Below, piece by piece: positions 12,301 to 26,400 of a DNA stretch of 64,000 bases. The stretch is from the human T2T-CHM13v2.0 reference genome, Homo sapiens. The translations under genes and the position numbers were made by a program. The notes beneath the pieces were generated by a model, which saw only the letters and a program-made list of their open reading frames with translations, was not told the DNA's origin and did no database searches. Numbering within the stretch: position 1 is the stretch's first letter; every line of letters starts with the position of its first letter. Where the stretch lies: the NCBI RefSeq assembly GCF_009914755.1, contig NC_060935.1. One strand, written 5' to 3'.

Positions 12301-15300
12301 CTAAACAGGAGCATTCTCAGAAACTGCTTTGTGATGTTTGTGTTCCACTTCAGGAATTGAACTTTCCTCTTGACAGAGCAGCTCTGAAACCCTCTTTTTC
12401 TAGAATCTGCAAGTGGACATTTGGAGGGCTTTGAGGCCTGTGGTGGAAAAGGAAAATCTTCACATAAAAACTAGATGGAAGCATTCTCAGAAACTACTTT
12501 GTGATGATTGCATTCGACTCACAGAGTTGAACATTCCTATAGATAGAGCAGGTTGTAAACAATCTTTTTGTAGAATCTGCGATTGGAGATTTGGACTGCT
12601 TTGAGGCCTACTGTAGTAAAGGAAATAACTTCATCTAAAAACCAAACGGAAGCATTCACAGACAATTCTTAGTGATCATTGGATTGAACTAACAGAGCTG
12701 AACATTCCTTTAGATGGCACAGATTCCAAACACACTTTCTGTAGAATCTGCAAGTGGTATTTGGACCTCTCTGAGGATTTCGTTGGAAACGGGATAAACT
12801 TCCCAGAACTACACGGAAGCATTCTGAGAAACTTCTTTGTGATGTTTGCATTCAACTCACAGACTTGAACCTTGCTTTCATAGTTCAGCTTTCAAATACT
12901 CTTTTTGTAGAATCTGCAAGTGGATATTTGGACCACTTTGTGGCCTTCCTTCCAAACGGGTATATCTTCACATCAAACCTAGACAGAAGCATTCTCAGAA
13001 TGTTTCCTGTGATGACTGCATTCAACTCACAGAGGTGAACCATCCTGTTGATGGAGCAGTTTTGAAACTTCCTTTCTTTGGATTCTGCAAGTGGATATGT
13101 GGACCTCTGTGAAGATTTCGTTGGAAACGGGTTCATCTTCACAGAAAAACTAAACAGGAGCATTCTCACAAACTGCTTTGTGATGTTTGTGTTCCACTTC
13201 AGGAATTGAACTTTCCTCTTGACAGAGCAGCTCTGAAACCCTCTTTTTCTAGAATCTGCAAGTGGACATTTGGAGGGCTTTGAGGCCTGTGGTGGAAAAG
13301 GAAAATCTTCACATAAAAACTAGATGGAAGCATTCTCAGAAACTACTTTGTGATGATTGCATTCGACTCACAGAGTTGAACATTCCTATAGATAGAGCAT
13401 GTTGTAAACAATCTTTTTGTAGAATCTGCGATTGGAGATTTGGACTGCTTTGAGGCCTACTGTAGTAAAGGAAATAACTTCATTTAAAAACCAAACGGAA
13501 GCATTCACAGACAATTCTTAGTGATCATTGGATTGAACTAACAGAGCTGAACATTCCTTTAGATGGCGCAGTTTCCAAACACACTTTCTGTAGAATCTGC
13601 AAGTGGACATTTGGACCTCTCTGAGGGTTTCGTTGGAAACGGGATAAACTTCCCAGAACTACACGGAAGCATTCTGAGAAACTACTTTGTGATGTTTGCA
13701 TTCAACTCACAGAGTTGAAACTTGCTTTCATAATTCAGCTTTCAAACACTCTTTTTGTAGAATCTGCAAGTGGATATTTGGACCACTTTGTGGCCTTCCT
13801 TCGAAACGGGTATATCTTCACATCAAACCTAGACAGAAGCATTCTCAGAATGTTTCCTGTGATGACTGCATTCAACTCACCGAGGTGAACAATCCTGTTG
13901 ATGGAGCAGTTTTGAAACTCTCTTTCTTTGGATTCTGCAAGTGGATATGTGGACCTCTGTGAAGATTTCGTTGGAAACGGGTTCATCTTCACAGAAAAAC
14001 TAAACAGGAGCATTCTCAGAAACTGCTTTGTGATGTCTGTGTTCCACTTCAAGAATTGAACTTTCCTCTTGACAGAGCAGCTCTGAAACCCTCTTTTTCT
14101 AGAATCTGCAAGTGGACATTTGGAGGGCTTTGAGGCCTGTGGTGGAAAAGGAAAATCTTCACATAAAAACTAGATGGAAGCATTCTCAGAAACTACTTTG
14201 TGATGATTGCATTCGACTCACAGAGTTGAACATTCCTATAGATAGAGCAGGTTGTAAACAATCTTTTTGTAGAATCTGCGATTGGAGATTTGGACTGCTT
14301 TGAGGCCTACTGTAGTAAAGGAAATAACTTCATCTAAAAACCAAACGGAAGCATTCACAGACAATTCTTAGTGATCATTGGATTGAACTAACAGAGCTGA
14401 ACATTCCTTTAGATGGCGCAGTTTCCAAACACACTTTCTGTAGAATCTGCAAGTGGATATTTGGACCTCTCTGAGGATTTCGTTGGAAACGGGATAAACT
14501 TCCCAGAACTACACGGAAGCATTCTGAGAAACTTCTTTGTGATGTTTGCATTCAACTCACAGAGTTGAACCTTGCTTTCATAGTTCAGCTTTCAAACACT
14601 CTTTTTGTAGAATCTGCAAGTGGATATTTGGACCACTTTGTGGCCTTCCTTCGAAACGGGTATATCTTCACATCAAACCTAGACAGAAGCATTCTCAGAA
14701 TGTTTCCTGTGATGACTGCATTCAACTCACAGAGGTGAACAATCCTGCTGATGGAGCAGTTTTGAAACTCTCTTTCTTTGGATTCTGCAAGTGGATATGT
14801 GGACCTCTGTGAAGATTTCGTTGGAAACGGGTTCATCTTCACAGAAAAACTAAACAGGAGCATTCTCAGAAACTGCTTTGTGATGTTTGTGTTCCACTTC
14901 AGGAATTGAACTTTCCTCTTGACAGAGCAGCTCTGAAACCCTCTTTTTCTAGAATCTGCAAGTGGACATTTGGAGGGCTTTGAGGCCTGTGGTGGAAAAG
15001 GAAAATCTTCACATAAAAACTAGATGGAAGCATTCTCAGAAACTACTTTGTGATGATTGCATTCGACTCACAGAGTTGAACATTCCTATAGATAGAGCAG
15101 GTTGTAAACAATCTTTTTGTAGAATCTGCGATTGGAGATTTTACTGCTTTGAGGCCTACTGTAGTAAAGGAAATAACTTCATCTGAAAACCAAACGGAAG
15201 CATTCACAGACAATTCTTAGTGATCATTGGATTGAACTAACAGAGCTGAACATTCCTTTAGATGGAGCAGTTTCCAAACACACTTTCTGTAGAATCTGCA

Positions 15301-18300
15301 AGTGGATATTTGGACCTCTCTGAGGATTTCGTTGGAAACGGGATAAACTTCCCAGAACTACACGGAAGCATTCTGAGAAACTTCTTTGTGATGTTTGCAT
15401 TCAACTCACAGACTTGAACCTTGCTTTCATAGTTCAGCTTTCAAATACTCTTTTTGTAGAATCTGCAAGTGGATATTTGGACCACTTTGTGGCCTTCCTT
15501 CCAAACGGGTATATCTTCACATCAAACCTAGACAGAAGCATTCTCAGAATGTTTCCTGTGATGACTGCATTCAACTCACAGAGGTGAACCATCCTGTTGA
15601 TGGAGCAGTTTTGAAACTTCCTTTCTTTGGATTCTGCAAGTGGATATGTGGACCTCTGTGAAGATTTCGTTGGAAACGGGTTCATCTTCACAGAAAAACT
15701 AAACAGGAGCATTCTCACAAACTGCTTTGAGATGTTTGTGTTCCACTTCAGGAATTGAACTTTCCTCTTGACAGAGCAGCTCTGAAACCCTCTTTTTCTA
15801 GAATCTGCAAGTGGACATTTGGAGGGCTTTGAGGCCTGTGGTGGAAAAGGAAAATCTTCACATAAAAACTAGATGGAAGCATTCTCAGAAACTACTTTGT
15901 GATGATTGCATTCCACTCACAGAGTTGAACATTCCTATAGATAGAGCAGGTTGTAAACAATCTTTTTGTAGAATCTGCGATTGGAGATTTGGACTGCTTT
16001 GAGGCCTACTGTAGTAAAGGAAATAACTTCATTTAAAAACCAAACGGAAGCATTCACAGACAATTCTTAGTGATCATTGGATTGAACTAACAGAGCTGAA
16101 CATTCCTTTAGATGGCGCAGTTTCCAAACACACTTTCTGTAGAATCTGCAAGTGGACATTTGGACCTCTCTGAGGGTTTCGTTGGAAACGGGATAAACTT
16201 CCCAGAACTACACGGAAGCATTCTGAGAAACTACTTTGTGATGTTTGCATTCAACTCACAGAGTTGAAACTTGCTTTCATAGTTCAGCTTTCAAACACTC
16301 TTTTTGTAGAATCTGCAAGTGGATATTTGGACCACTTTGTGGCCTTCCTTCGAAACGGGTATATCTTCACATCAAACCTAGACAGAAGCATTCTCAGAAT
16401 GTTTCCTGTGATGAATGCATTCAACTCACAGAGGTGAACAATCCTGTTGATGGAGCAGTTTTGAAACTCTCTTTCTTTGGATTCTGCAAGTGGATATGTG
16501 GACCTCTGTGAAGATTTCGTTGGAAACGGGTTCATCTTCACAGAAAAACTAAACAGGAGCATTCTCAGAAACTGCTTTGTGATGTCTGTGTTCCACTTCA
16601 AGAATTGAACTTTCCTCTTGACAGAGCAGCTCTGAAAACCTCTTTTTCTAGAATCTGCAAGTGGACATTTGGAGGGCTTTGAGGCCTGTGGTGGAAAAGG
16701 AAAATCTTCACATAAAAACTAGATGGAAGCATTCTCAGAAACTACTTTGTGATGATTGCATTCGACTCACAGAGTTGAACATTCCTATAGATAGAGCAGG
16801 TTGTAAACAATCTTTTTGTAGAATCTGCGATTGGAGATTTGGACTGCTTTGAGGCCTACTGTAGTAAAGGAAATAACTTCATCTAAAAACCAAACGGAAG
16901 CATTCACAGACAATTCTTAGTGATCATTGGATTGAACTAACAGAGCTGAACATTCCTTTAGATGGCGCAGTTTCCAAACACACTTTCTGTAGAATCTGCA
17001 AGTGGATATTTGGACCTCTGTGAGGATTTCGTTGGAAACGGGATAAACTTCCCAGAACTACACGGAAGCATTCTGAGAAACTTCTTTGTGATGTTTGCAT
17101 TCAACTCACAGAGTTGAACCTTGCTTTCATAGTTCAGCTTTCAAACACTCTTTTTGTAGAATCTGCAAGTGGATATTTGGACCACTTTGTGGCCTTCCTT
17201 CGAAACGGGTATATCTTCACATCAAACCTAGACAGAAGCATTCTCAGAATGTTTCCTGTGATGACTGCATTCAACTCACAGAGGTGAACAATCCTGCTGA
17301 TGGAGCAGTTTTGAAACTCTCTTTCTTTGGATTCTGCAAGTGGATATGTGGACCTCTGTGAAGATTTCGTTGGAAACGGGTTCATCTTCACAGAAAAACT
17401 AAACAGGAGCATTCTCAGAAACTGCTTTGTGATGTTTGTGTTCCACTTCAGGAATTGAACTTTCCTCTTGACAGAGCAGCTCTGAAACCCTCTTTTTCTA
17501 GAATCTGCAAGTGGACATTTGGAGGGCTTTGAGGCCTGTGGTGGAAAAGGAAAATCTTCACATAAAAACTAGATGGAAGCATTCTCAGAAACTACTTTGT
17601 GATGATTGCATTCGACTCACAGAGTTGAACATTCCTATAGATAGAGCAGGTTGTAAACAATCTTTTTGTAGAATCTGCGATTGGAGATTTTACTGCTTTG
17701 AGGCCTACTGTAGTAAAGGAAATAACTTCATCTAAAAACCAAACGGAAGCATTCACAGACAATTCTTAGTGATCATTGGATTGAACTAACAGAGCGGAAC
17801 ATTCCTTTAGATGGAGCAGTTTCCAAACACACTTTCTGTAGAATCTGCAAGTGGATATTTGGACCTCTCTGAGGATTTCGTTGGAAACGGGATAAACTTC
17901 CCAGAACTACACGGAAGCATTCTGAGAAACTTCTTTGTGATGTTTGCATTCAACTCACAGAGTTGAACCTTGCTTTCATAGTTCAGATTTCAAACACTCT
18001 TTTTGTAGGATCCGCAAGTGGATATTTGGACCACTTTGTGGCCTTCCTTCGAAACGGGTATATCTTCACATCAAACCTAGACAGAAGCATTCTCAGAATG
18101 TTTCCTGTGATGACTGCATTCAACTCACAGAGGTGAACAATCCTGCTGATGGAGCAGTTTTGAAACTCTCTTTCTTTGGATTCTGCAAGTGGATATGTGG
18201 ACCTCTGTGAAGATTTCGTTGGAAACGGGTTCATCTTCACAGAAAAACTAAACAGGAGCATTCTCAGAAACTGCTTTGTGATGTTTGTGTTCCACTTCAG

Positions 18301-21300
18301 GAATTGAACTTTCCTCTTGACAGAGCAGCTCTGAAACCCTCTTTTTCTAGAATCTGCAAGTGGACATTTGGAGGGCTTTGAGGCCTGTGGTGGAAAAGGA
18401 AAATCTTCACATAAAAACTAGATGGAAGCATTCTCAGAAACTACTTTGTGATGATTGCATTCGACTCACAGAGTTGAACATTCCTATAGATAGAGCAGGT
18501 TGTAAACAATCTTTTTGTAGAATCTGCGATTGGAGATTTGGACTGCTTTGAGGCCTACTGTAGTAAAGGAAATAACTTCATCTAAAAACCAAACGGAAGC
18601 ATTCACAGACAATTCTTAGTGATCATTGGATTGAACTAACAGAGCTGAACATTCCTTTAGATGGCGCAGATTCCAAACACACTTTCTGTAGAATCTGCAA
18701 GTGGATATTTGGACCTCTCTGAGGATTTCGTTGGAAACGGGATAAACTTCCCAGAACTACACGGAAGCATACTGAGAAACTTCTTTGTGATGTTTGCATT
18801 CAACTCACAGAGTTGAACCTTGCTTTCATAGTTCAGCTTTCAAATACTCTTTTTGTAGAATCTGCAAGTGGATATTTGGACCACTTTGTGGCCTTCCTTC
18901 CAAACGGGTATATCTTCACATCAAACCTAGACAGAAGCATTCTCAGAATGTTTCCTGTGATGACTGCATTCAACTCACAGAGGTGAACCATCCTGTTGAT
19001 GGAGCAGTTTTGAAACTTCCTTTCTTTGGATTCTGCAAGTGGATATGTGGACCTCTGTGAAGATTTCGTTGGAAACGGGTTCATCTTCACAGAAAAACTA
19101 AACAGGAGCATTCTCACAAACTGCTTTGAGATGTTTGTGTTCCACTTCAGGAATTGAACTTTCCTCTTGACAGAGCAGCTCTGAAACCCTCTTTTTCTAG
19201 AATCTGCAAGTGGACATTTGGAGGGCTTTGAGGCCTGTGGTGGAAAAGGAAAATCTTCACATAAAAACTAGATGGAAGCATTCTCAGAAACTACTTTGTG
19301 ATGATTGCATTCCACTCACAGAGTTGAACATTCCTATAGATAGAGCAGGTTGTAAACAATCTTTTTGTAGAATCTGCGATTGGAGATTTGGACTGCTTTG
19401 AGGCCTACTGTAGTAAAGGAAATAACTTCATTTAAAAACCAAACGGAAGCATTCACAGACAATTCTTAGTGATCATTGGATTGAACTAACAGAGCTGAAC
19501 ATTCCTTTAGATGGCGCAGTTTCCAAACACACTTTCTGTAGAATCTGCAAGTGGACATTTGGACCTCTCTGAGGGTTTCGTTGGAAACGGGATAAACTTC
19601 CCAGAACTACACGGAAGCATTCTGAGAAACTACTTTGTGATGTTTGCATTCAACTCACAGAGTTGAAACTTGCTTTCATAGTTCAGCTTTCAAACACTCT
19701 TTTTGTAGAATCTGCAAGTGGATATTTGGACCACTTTGTGGCCTTCCTTCGAAACGGGTATATCTTCACATCAAACCTAGACAGAAGCATTCTCAGAATG
19801 TTTCCTGTGATGAATGCATTCAACTCACAGAGGTGAACAATCCTGTTGATGGAGCAGTTTTGAAACTCTCTTTCTTTGGATTCTGCAAGTGGATATGTGG
19901 ACCTCTGTGAAGATTTCGTTGGAAACGGGTTCATCTTCACAGAAAAACTAAACAGGAGCATTCTCAGAAACTGCTTTGTGATGTCTGTGTTCCACTTCAA
20001 GAATTGAACTTTCCTCTTGACAGAGCAGCTCTGAAAACCTCTTTTTCTAGAATCTGCAAGTGGACATTTGGAGGGCTTTGAGGCCTGTGGTGGAAAAGGA
20101 AAATCTTCACATAAAAACTAGATGGAAGCATTCTCAGAAACTACTTTGTGATGATTGCATTCGACTCACAGAGTTGAACATTCCTATAGATAGAGCAGGT
20201 TGTAAACAATCTTTTTGTAGAATCTGCGATTGGAGATTTGGACTGCTTTGAGGCCTACTGTAGTAAAGGAAATAACTTCATCTAAAAACCAAACGGAAGC
20301 ATTCACAGACAATTCTTAGTGATCATTGGATTGAACTAACAGAGCTGAACATTCCTTTAGATGGCGCAGTTTCCAAACACACTTTCTGTAGAATCTGCAA
20401 GTGGATATTTGGACCTCTGTGAGGATTTCGTTGGAAACGGGATAAACTTCCCAGAACTACACGGAAGCATTCTGAGAAACTTCTTTGTGATGTTTGCATT
20501 CAACTCACAGAGTTGAACCTTGCTTTCATAGTTCAGCTTTCAAACACTCTTTTTGTAGAATCTGCAAGTGGATATTTGGACCACTTTGTGGCCTTCCTTC
20601 GAAACGGGTATATCTTCACATCAAACCTAGACAGAAGCATTCTCAGAATGTTTCCTGTGATGACTGCATTCAACTCACAGAGGTGAACAATCCTGCTGAT
20701 GGAGCAGTTTTGAAACTCTCTTTCTTTGGATTCTGCAAGTGGATATGTGGACCTCTGTGAAGATTTCGTTGGAAACGGGTTCATCTTCACAGAAAAACTA
20801 AACAGGAGCATTCTCAGAAACTGCTTTGTGATGTTTGTGTTCCACTTCAGGAATTGAACTTTCCTCTTGACAGAGCAGCTCTGAAACCCTCTTTTTCTAG
20901 AATCTGCAAGTGGACATTTGGAGGGCTTTGAGGCCTGTGGTGGAAAAGGAAAATCTTCACATAAAAACTAGATGGAAGCATTCTCAGAAACTACTTTGTG
21001 ATGATTGCATTCGACTCACAGAGTTGAACATTCCTATAGATAGAGCAGGTTGTAAACAATCTTTTTGTAGAATCTGCGATTGGAGATTTTACTGCTTTGA
21101 GGCCTACTGTAGTAAAGGAAATAACTTCATCTAAAAACCAAACGGAAGCATTCACAGACAATTCTTAGTGATCATTGGATTGAACTAACAGAGCGGAACA
21201 TTCCTTTAGATGGAGCAGTTTCCAAACACACTTTCTGTAGAATCTGCAAGTGGATATTTGGACCTCTCTGAGGATTTCGTTGGAAACGGGATAAACTTCC

Positions 21301-23400
21301 CAGAACTACACGGAAGCATTCTGAGAAACTTCTTTGTGATGTTTGCATTCAACTCACAGAGTTGAACCTTGCTTTCATAGTTCAGATTTCAAACACTCTT
21401 TTTGTAGGATCCGCAAGTGGATATTTGGACCACTTTGTGGCCTTCCTTCGAAACGGGTATATCTTCACATCAAACCTAGACAGAAGCATTCTCAGAATGT
21501 TTCCTGTGATGACTGCATTCAACTCACAGAGGTGAACAATCCTGCTGATGGAGCAGTTTTGAAACTCTCTTTCTTTGGATTCTGCAAGTGGATATGTGGA
21601 CCTCTGTGAAGATTTCGTTGGAAACGGGTTCATCTTCACAGAAAAACTAAACAGGAGCATTCTCAGAAACTGCTTTGTGATGTTTGTGTTCCACTTCAGG
21701 AATTGAACTTTCCTCTTGACAGAGCAGCTCTGAAACCCTCTTTTTCTAGAATCTGCAAGTGGACATTTGGAGGGCTTTGAGGCCTGTGGTGGAAAAGGAA
21801 AATCTTCACATAAAAACTAGATGGAAGCATTCTCAGAAACTACTTTGTGATGATTGCATTCGACTCACAGAGTTGAACATTCCTTTAGATAGAGCAGGTT
21901 GTAAACAATCTTTTTGTAGAATCTGCGATTGGAGATTTGGACTGCTTTGAGGCCTACTGTAGTAAAGGAAATAACTTCATCTAAAAACCAAACGGAAGCA
22001 TTCACAGACAATTCTTAGTGATCATTGGATTGAACTAACAGAGCTGAACATTCCTTTAGATGGCGCAGATTCCAAACACACTTTCTGTAGAATCTGCAAG
22101 TGGATATTTGGACCTCTCTGAGGATTTCGTTGGAAACGGGATAAACTTCCCAGAACTACACGGAAGCATTCTGAGAAACTTCTTTGTGATGTTTGCATTC
22201 AACTCACAGACTTGAACCTTGCTTTCATAGTTCAGCTTTCAAATACTCTTTTGTAGAATCTGCAAGTGGATATTTGGACCACTTTGTGGCCTTCCTTCCA
22301 AACGGGTATGTCTTCACATCAAACCTAGACAGAAGCATTCTCAGAATGTTTCCTGTGATGAATGCATTCAACTCACAGAGGTGAACAATCCTGTTGATGG
22401 AGCAGTTTTGAAACTCTCTTTCTTTGGATTCTGCAAGTGGATATGTGGACCTCTGTGAAGATTTCGTTGGAAACGGGTTCATCTTCACAGAAAAACTAAA
22501 CAGGAGCATTCTCAGAAACTGCTTTGTGATGTCTGTGTTCCACTTCAAGAATTGAACTTTCCTCTTGACAGAGCAGCTCTGAAACCCTCTTTTTCTAGAA
22601 TTTGCAAGTGGACATTTGGAGGGCTTTGAGGCCTGTGGTGGAAAAGGAAAATCTTCACATAAAAACTAGATGGAAGCATTCTCAGAAACTACTTTGTGAT
22701 GATTGCATTCGACTCACAGAGTTGAACATTCCTATAGATAGAGCAGGTTGTAAACAATCTTTTTGTAGAATCTGCGATTGGAGATTTGGACTGCTTTGAG
22801 GCCTACTGTAGTAAAGGAAATAACTTCATCTAAAAACCAAACGGAAGCATTCACAGACAATTCTTAGTGATCATTGGATTGAACTAACAGAGCTGAACAT
22901 TCCTTTAGATGGCGCAGTTTCCAAACACACTTTCTGTAGAATCTGCAAGTGGATATTTGGACCTCTGTGAGGATTTCGTTGGAAACGGGATAAATTTCCC
23001 AGAACTACACGGAAGCATTCTGAGAAACTTCTTTGTGATGTTTGCATTCAACTCACAGAGTTGAACCTTGCTTTCATAGTTCAGCTTTCAAACACTCTTT
23101 TTGTAGAATCTGCAAGTGGATATTTGGACCACTTTGTGGCCTTCCTTCGAAACGGGTATATCTTCACATCAAACCTAGACAGAAGCATTCTCAGAATGTT
23201 TCCTGTGATGACTGCATTCAACTCACAGAGGTGAACAATCCTGCTGATGGAGCAGTTTTGAAACTCTCTTTCCTTGGATTCTGCAAGTGGATATGTGGAC
23301 CTCTGTGAAGATTTCGTTGGAAACGGGTTCATCTTCACAGAAAAACTAAACAGGAGCATTCTCAGAAACTGCTTTGTGATGTTTGTGTTCCACTTCAGGA
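9400..23400 (+). repeat. 4-HOR super-repeat domain (~3,399-bp unit): ABCD-ABC-ABCD-ABCD-(A/B)C
   Basis: A-type HORs (AAATACTC, CTTCCAAAC) at 9448, 12846, 15395, 18794, 22193. B-type (TTGAAACTT, GATGTCTGT) at 10298, 13696, 16245, 19644. C-type ending in the TTTTACTG deletion at 11148, 14546, 17095, 20494. D-type (CAGATTTC, GGATCCGC) at 11997, 17944, 21343. Confidence 0.9.
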
Positions 23401-26400
23401 ATTGAACTTTCCTCTTGAGAGAGCAGCTCTGAAACCCTCTTTTTCTAGAGTCTGCAAGTGGACATTTGGAGGGCTTTGAGTCCTGTGGTGGAAAAGGAAA
23501 ATCTTCACATAAAAACTAGATGGAAGCATTCTCAGAAACTACTTTGTGATGATTGCATTCGACCCACAGAGTTGAACATTCCTATAGATAGAGCAGGTTG
23601 TAAACAATCTTTTTGTAGAATCTGCGATTGGAGATTTGCACTGCTTTGAGGCCTACTGTAGTAAAGGAAATAACTTCATCTAAAAACCAAACGGAAGCAT
23701 TCACAGACAATTCTTAGTGATCATTGGATTGAACTAACAGAGCTGAACATGCCTTTAGATGGCGCAGTTTCCAAACACACTTTCTGTAGAATCTGCAAGT
23801 GGATATTTGGACCTCTCTGAGGATTTCGTTGGAAACGGGATAAACTTCCCAGAACTACACGGAAGCATTCTGAGAAACTTCTTTGTGACGTCTGCATTCA
23901 ACTCACAGAGTTGAACATGGTTTCATAGATCAGCTTTCAAACACTCTTTTTGTAGAATCTGCAAGTGGATATTTGGAGCACTTTGTGGCCTTCCTTCGAA
24001 ACGGGTATATCTTCACATCAAACCTAGACAGAAGCATTCTCAGAATGTTTCCTGTGATGACTGCATTCAACTCACAGAGGTGAACAATCCTGCTGATGGA
24101 GCAGTTTTGAAACTCTCTTTCTTTGGATTCTGCAAGTGGATATGTGGACCTCTGTGAAGATTTCGTTGGAAACGGGTTCATCTTCACAGAAAAACTAAAC
24201 AGGAGCATTCTCAGAAACTGCTTTGTGATGTTTGTGTTCCACTTCAAGAATTGAACTTTCCTCTTGACAGAGCAGCTCTGAAACCCTCTTTTTCTAGAAT
24301 CTGCAAGTGGACATTTGGAGGGCTTTGAGGCCTGTGGTGGAAAAGGAAAATCTTCACATAAAAACTAGATGGAAGCATTCTCAGAAACTACTTTGTGATG
24401 ATTGCATTCGACTCACAGAGTTGAACATTCCTATAGATAGAGCAGGTTGTAAACAATCTTTTTGTAGAATCTGCGATTGGAGATTTGGACTGCTTTGAGG
24501 CCTATTGTAGTAAAGGAAATAACTTCATCTAAAAACCAAACGGAAGCATTCACAGACAATTCTTAGTGATCATTGGATTGAACTAAGAGAGCTGAACATT
24601 CCTTTAGATGGCGCAGTTTCCAAACACACTTTCTGTAGAATCTGCAAGGGGATATTTGGACCTCTCTGAGGATTTCGTTGGAAAGGGGACAAACTTCCCA
24701 GAACTACACGGAAGCATTCTGAGAAACTTCTTTGTGATATTTGCATTCAACTCACAGAGTTTAAACTTGCTTTCATAGTTCAGCTTTCAAACACTCTTTT
24801 TCTAGAATCTGCAAGTGGATATTGGGACCACTTTGTGGCCTTCCTTCAAAACGGGTATATCTTCACATCAAACCTAGACAGAAGCATTCTCAGAATGTTT
24901 CCTGTGATGACTGCATTCAACTCACAGAGGTGAACAATCCTGCTGATGGAGCAGTTTTGAAACTCTCTTTCTTTGGATTCTGCAAGTGGATATGTGGACC
25001 TCTGTGAAGATTTCGTTGGAAACGGGTTCATCTTCACAGAAAAACTAAACAGGAGCATTCTCAGAAACTGCTTTGTGATGTTTGTGTTCCACTTCAGGAA
25101 TTGAACTTTCCTCTTGACAGAGCAGCTCTGAAACCCTCTTTTTCTAGAATCTGCAAGTGGACATTTGGAGGGCTTTGAGGCCTGTGGTGGAAAAGGAAAC
25201 TCTTCACATAAAAACTAGATGGAAGCATTCTCAGAAACTACTTTGCGAAGATTGCATTCGACTCACAGAGTTGAACATTCCTATAGATAGAGCAGGTAGT
25301 AAACAATCTTTTTGTAGAATCTGCGATTGGAGATTTGGACTGCTTTGAGGCCTACTGTAGCAAAGGAAATATCTTCATCTAAAAACCAAACGGAAGCATT
25401 CACAGACAGTTCTTAGTGATCATTGGATAGAACTAACAGAGCTGAACATTCCTTTAGATGGAGTAGTTTCCAAACACACTTTCTGTAGAATCTGCAAGTG
25501 GATATTTGGACCTCTCTGAGGATTTCGTTGGAAACGGGATAAACTTCCCAGAACTACACGAAAGTATTCTGAGAAACTTCTTTGTGATGTTTGCATTCAA
25601 CTCACAGAGTTGAACCTTGCTTTCATAGTTCAGCTTTCAAACACTCTTTTTGTAGAATCTGCAAGTGGATATTTGGACCACTTTGTGGCCTTCCTTCGAA
25701 ACGGGTATATCTTCACATCAAACCTAGACAGAAGCATTCTCAGAATGTTTCCTGTGATGACTGCATTCAACTCACAGAGGTGAACAATCCTGCTGATGGA
25801 GCAGTTTTGAAACTCTCTTTCTTTGGATTCTGCAAGTGGATATGTGGACCTCTGTGAAGATTTCGTTGGAAACGGGTTCATCTTCACAGAAAAACTAAAC
25901 AGGAGCATTCTCAGAAACTGCTTTGTGATGTTTGTGTTCCACTTCAGGAATTGAACTTTCCTCTTGACAGAGCAGCTCTGAAACCCTCTTTTTCTAGAAT
26001 CTGCAAGTGGACATTTGGAGGGCTTTGAGGCCTGTGGTGGAAAAGGAAACTCTTCACATAAAAACTAGATGGAAGCATTCTCAGAAACTACTTTGCGATG
26101 ATTGCATTCGACTCACAGAGTTGAACATTCCTATAGATAGAGCAGGTAGTAAATAATCTTTTTGTAGAATCTGCGATTGGAGATTTGGACTGCTTTGAGG
26201 CCTACTGTAGTAAAGGAAATAACTTCATCTAAAAACCAAACGGAAGCATTCACAGACAGTTCTTAGTGATCATTGGATAGAACTAACAGAGCTGAACATT
26301 CCTTTAGATGGAGCAGTTTCCAAACACACTTTCTGTAGAATCTGCAAGTGGATATTTGGACCTCTCTGAGGATTTCGTTGGAAACGGGATAAACTTCCCA

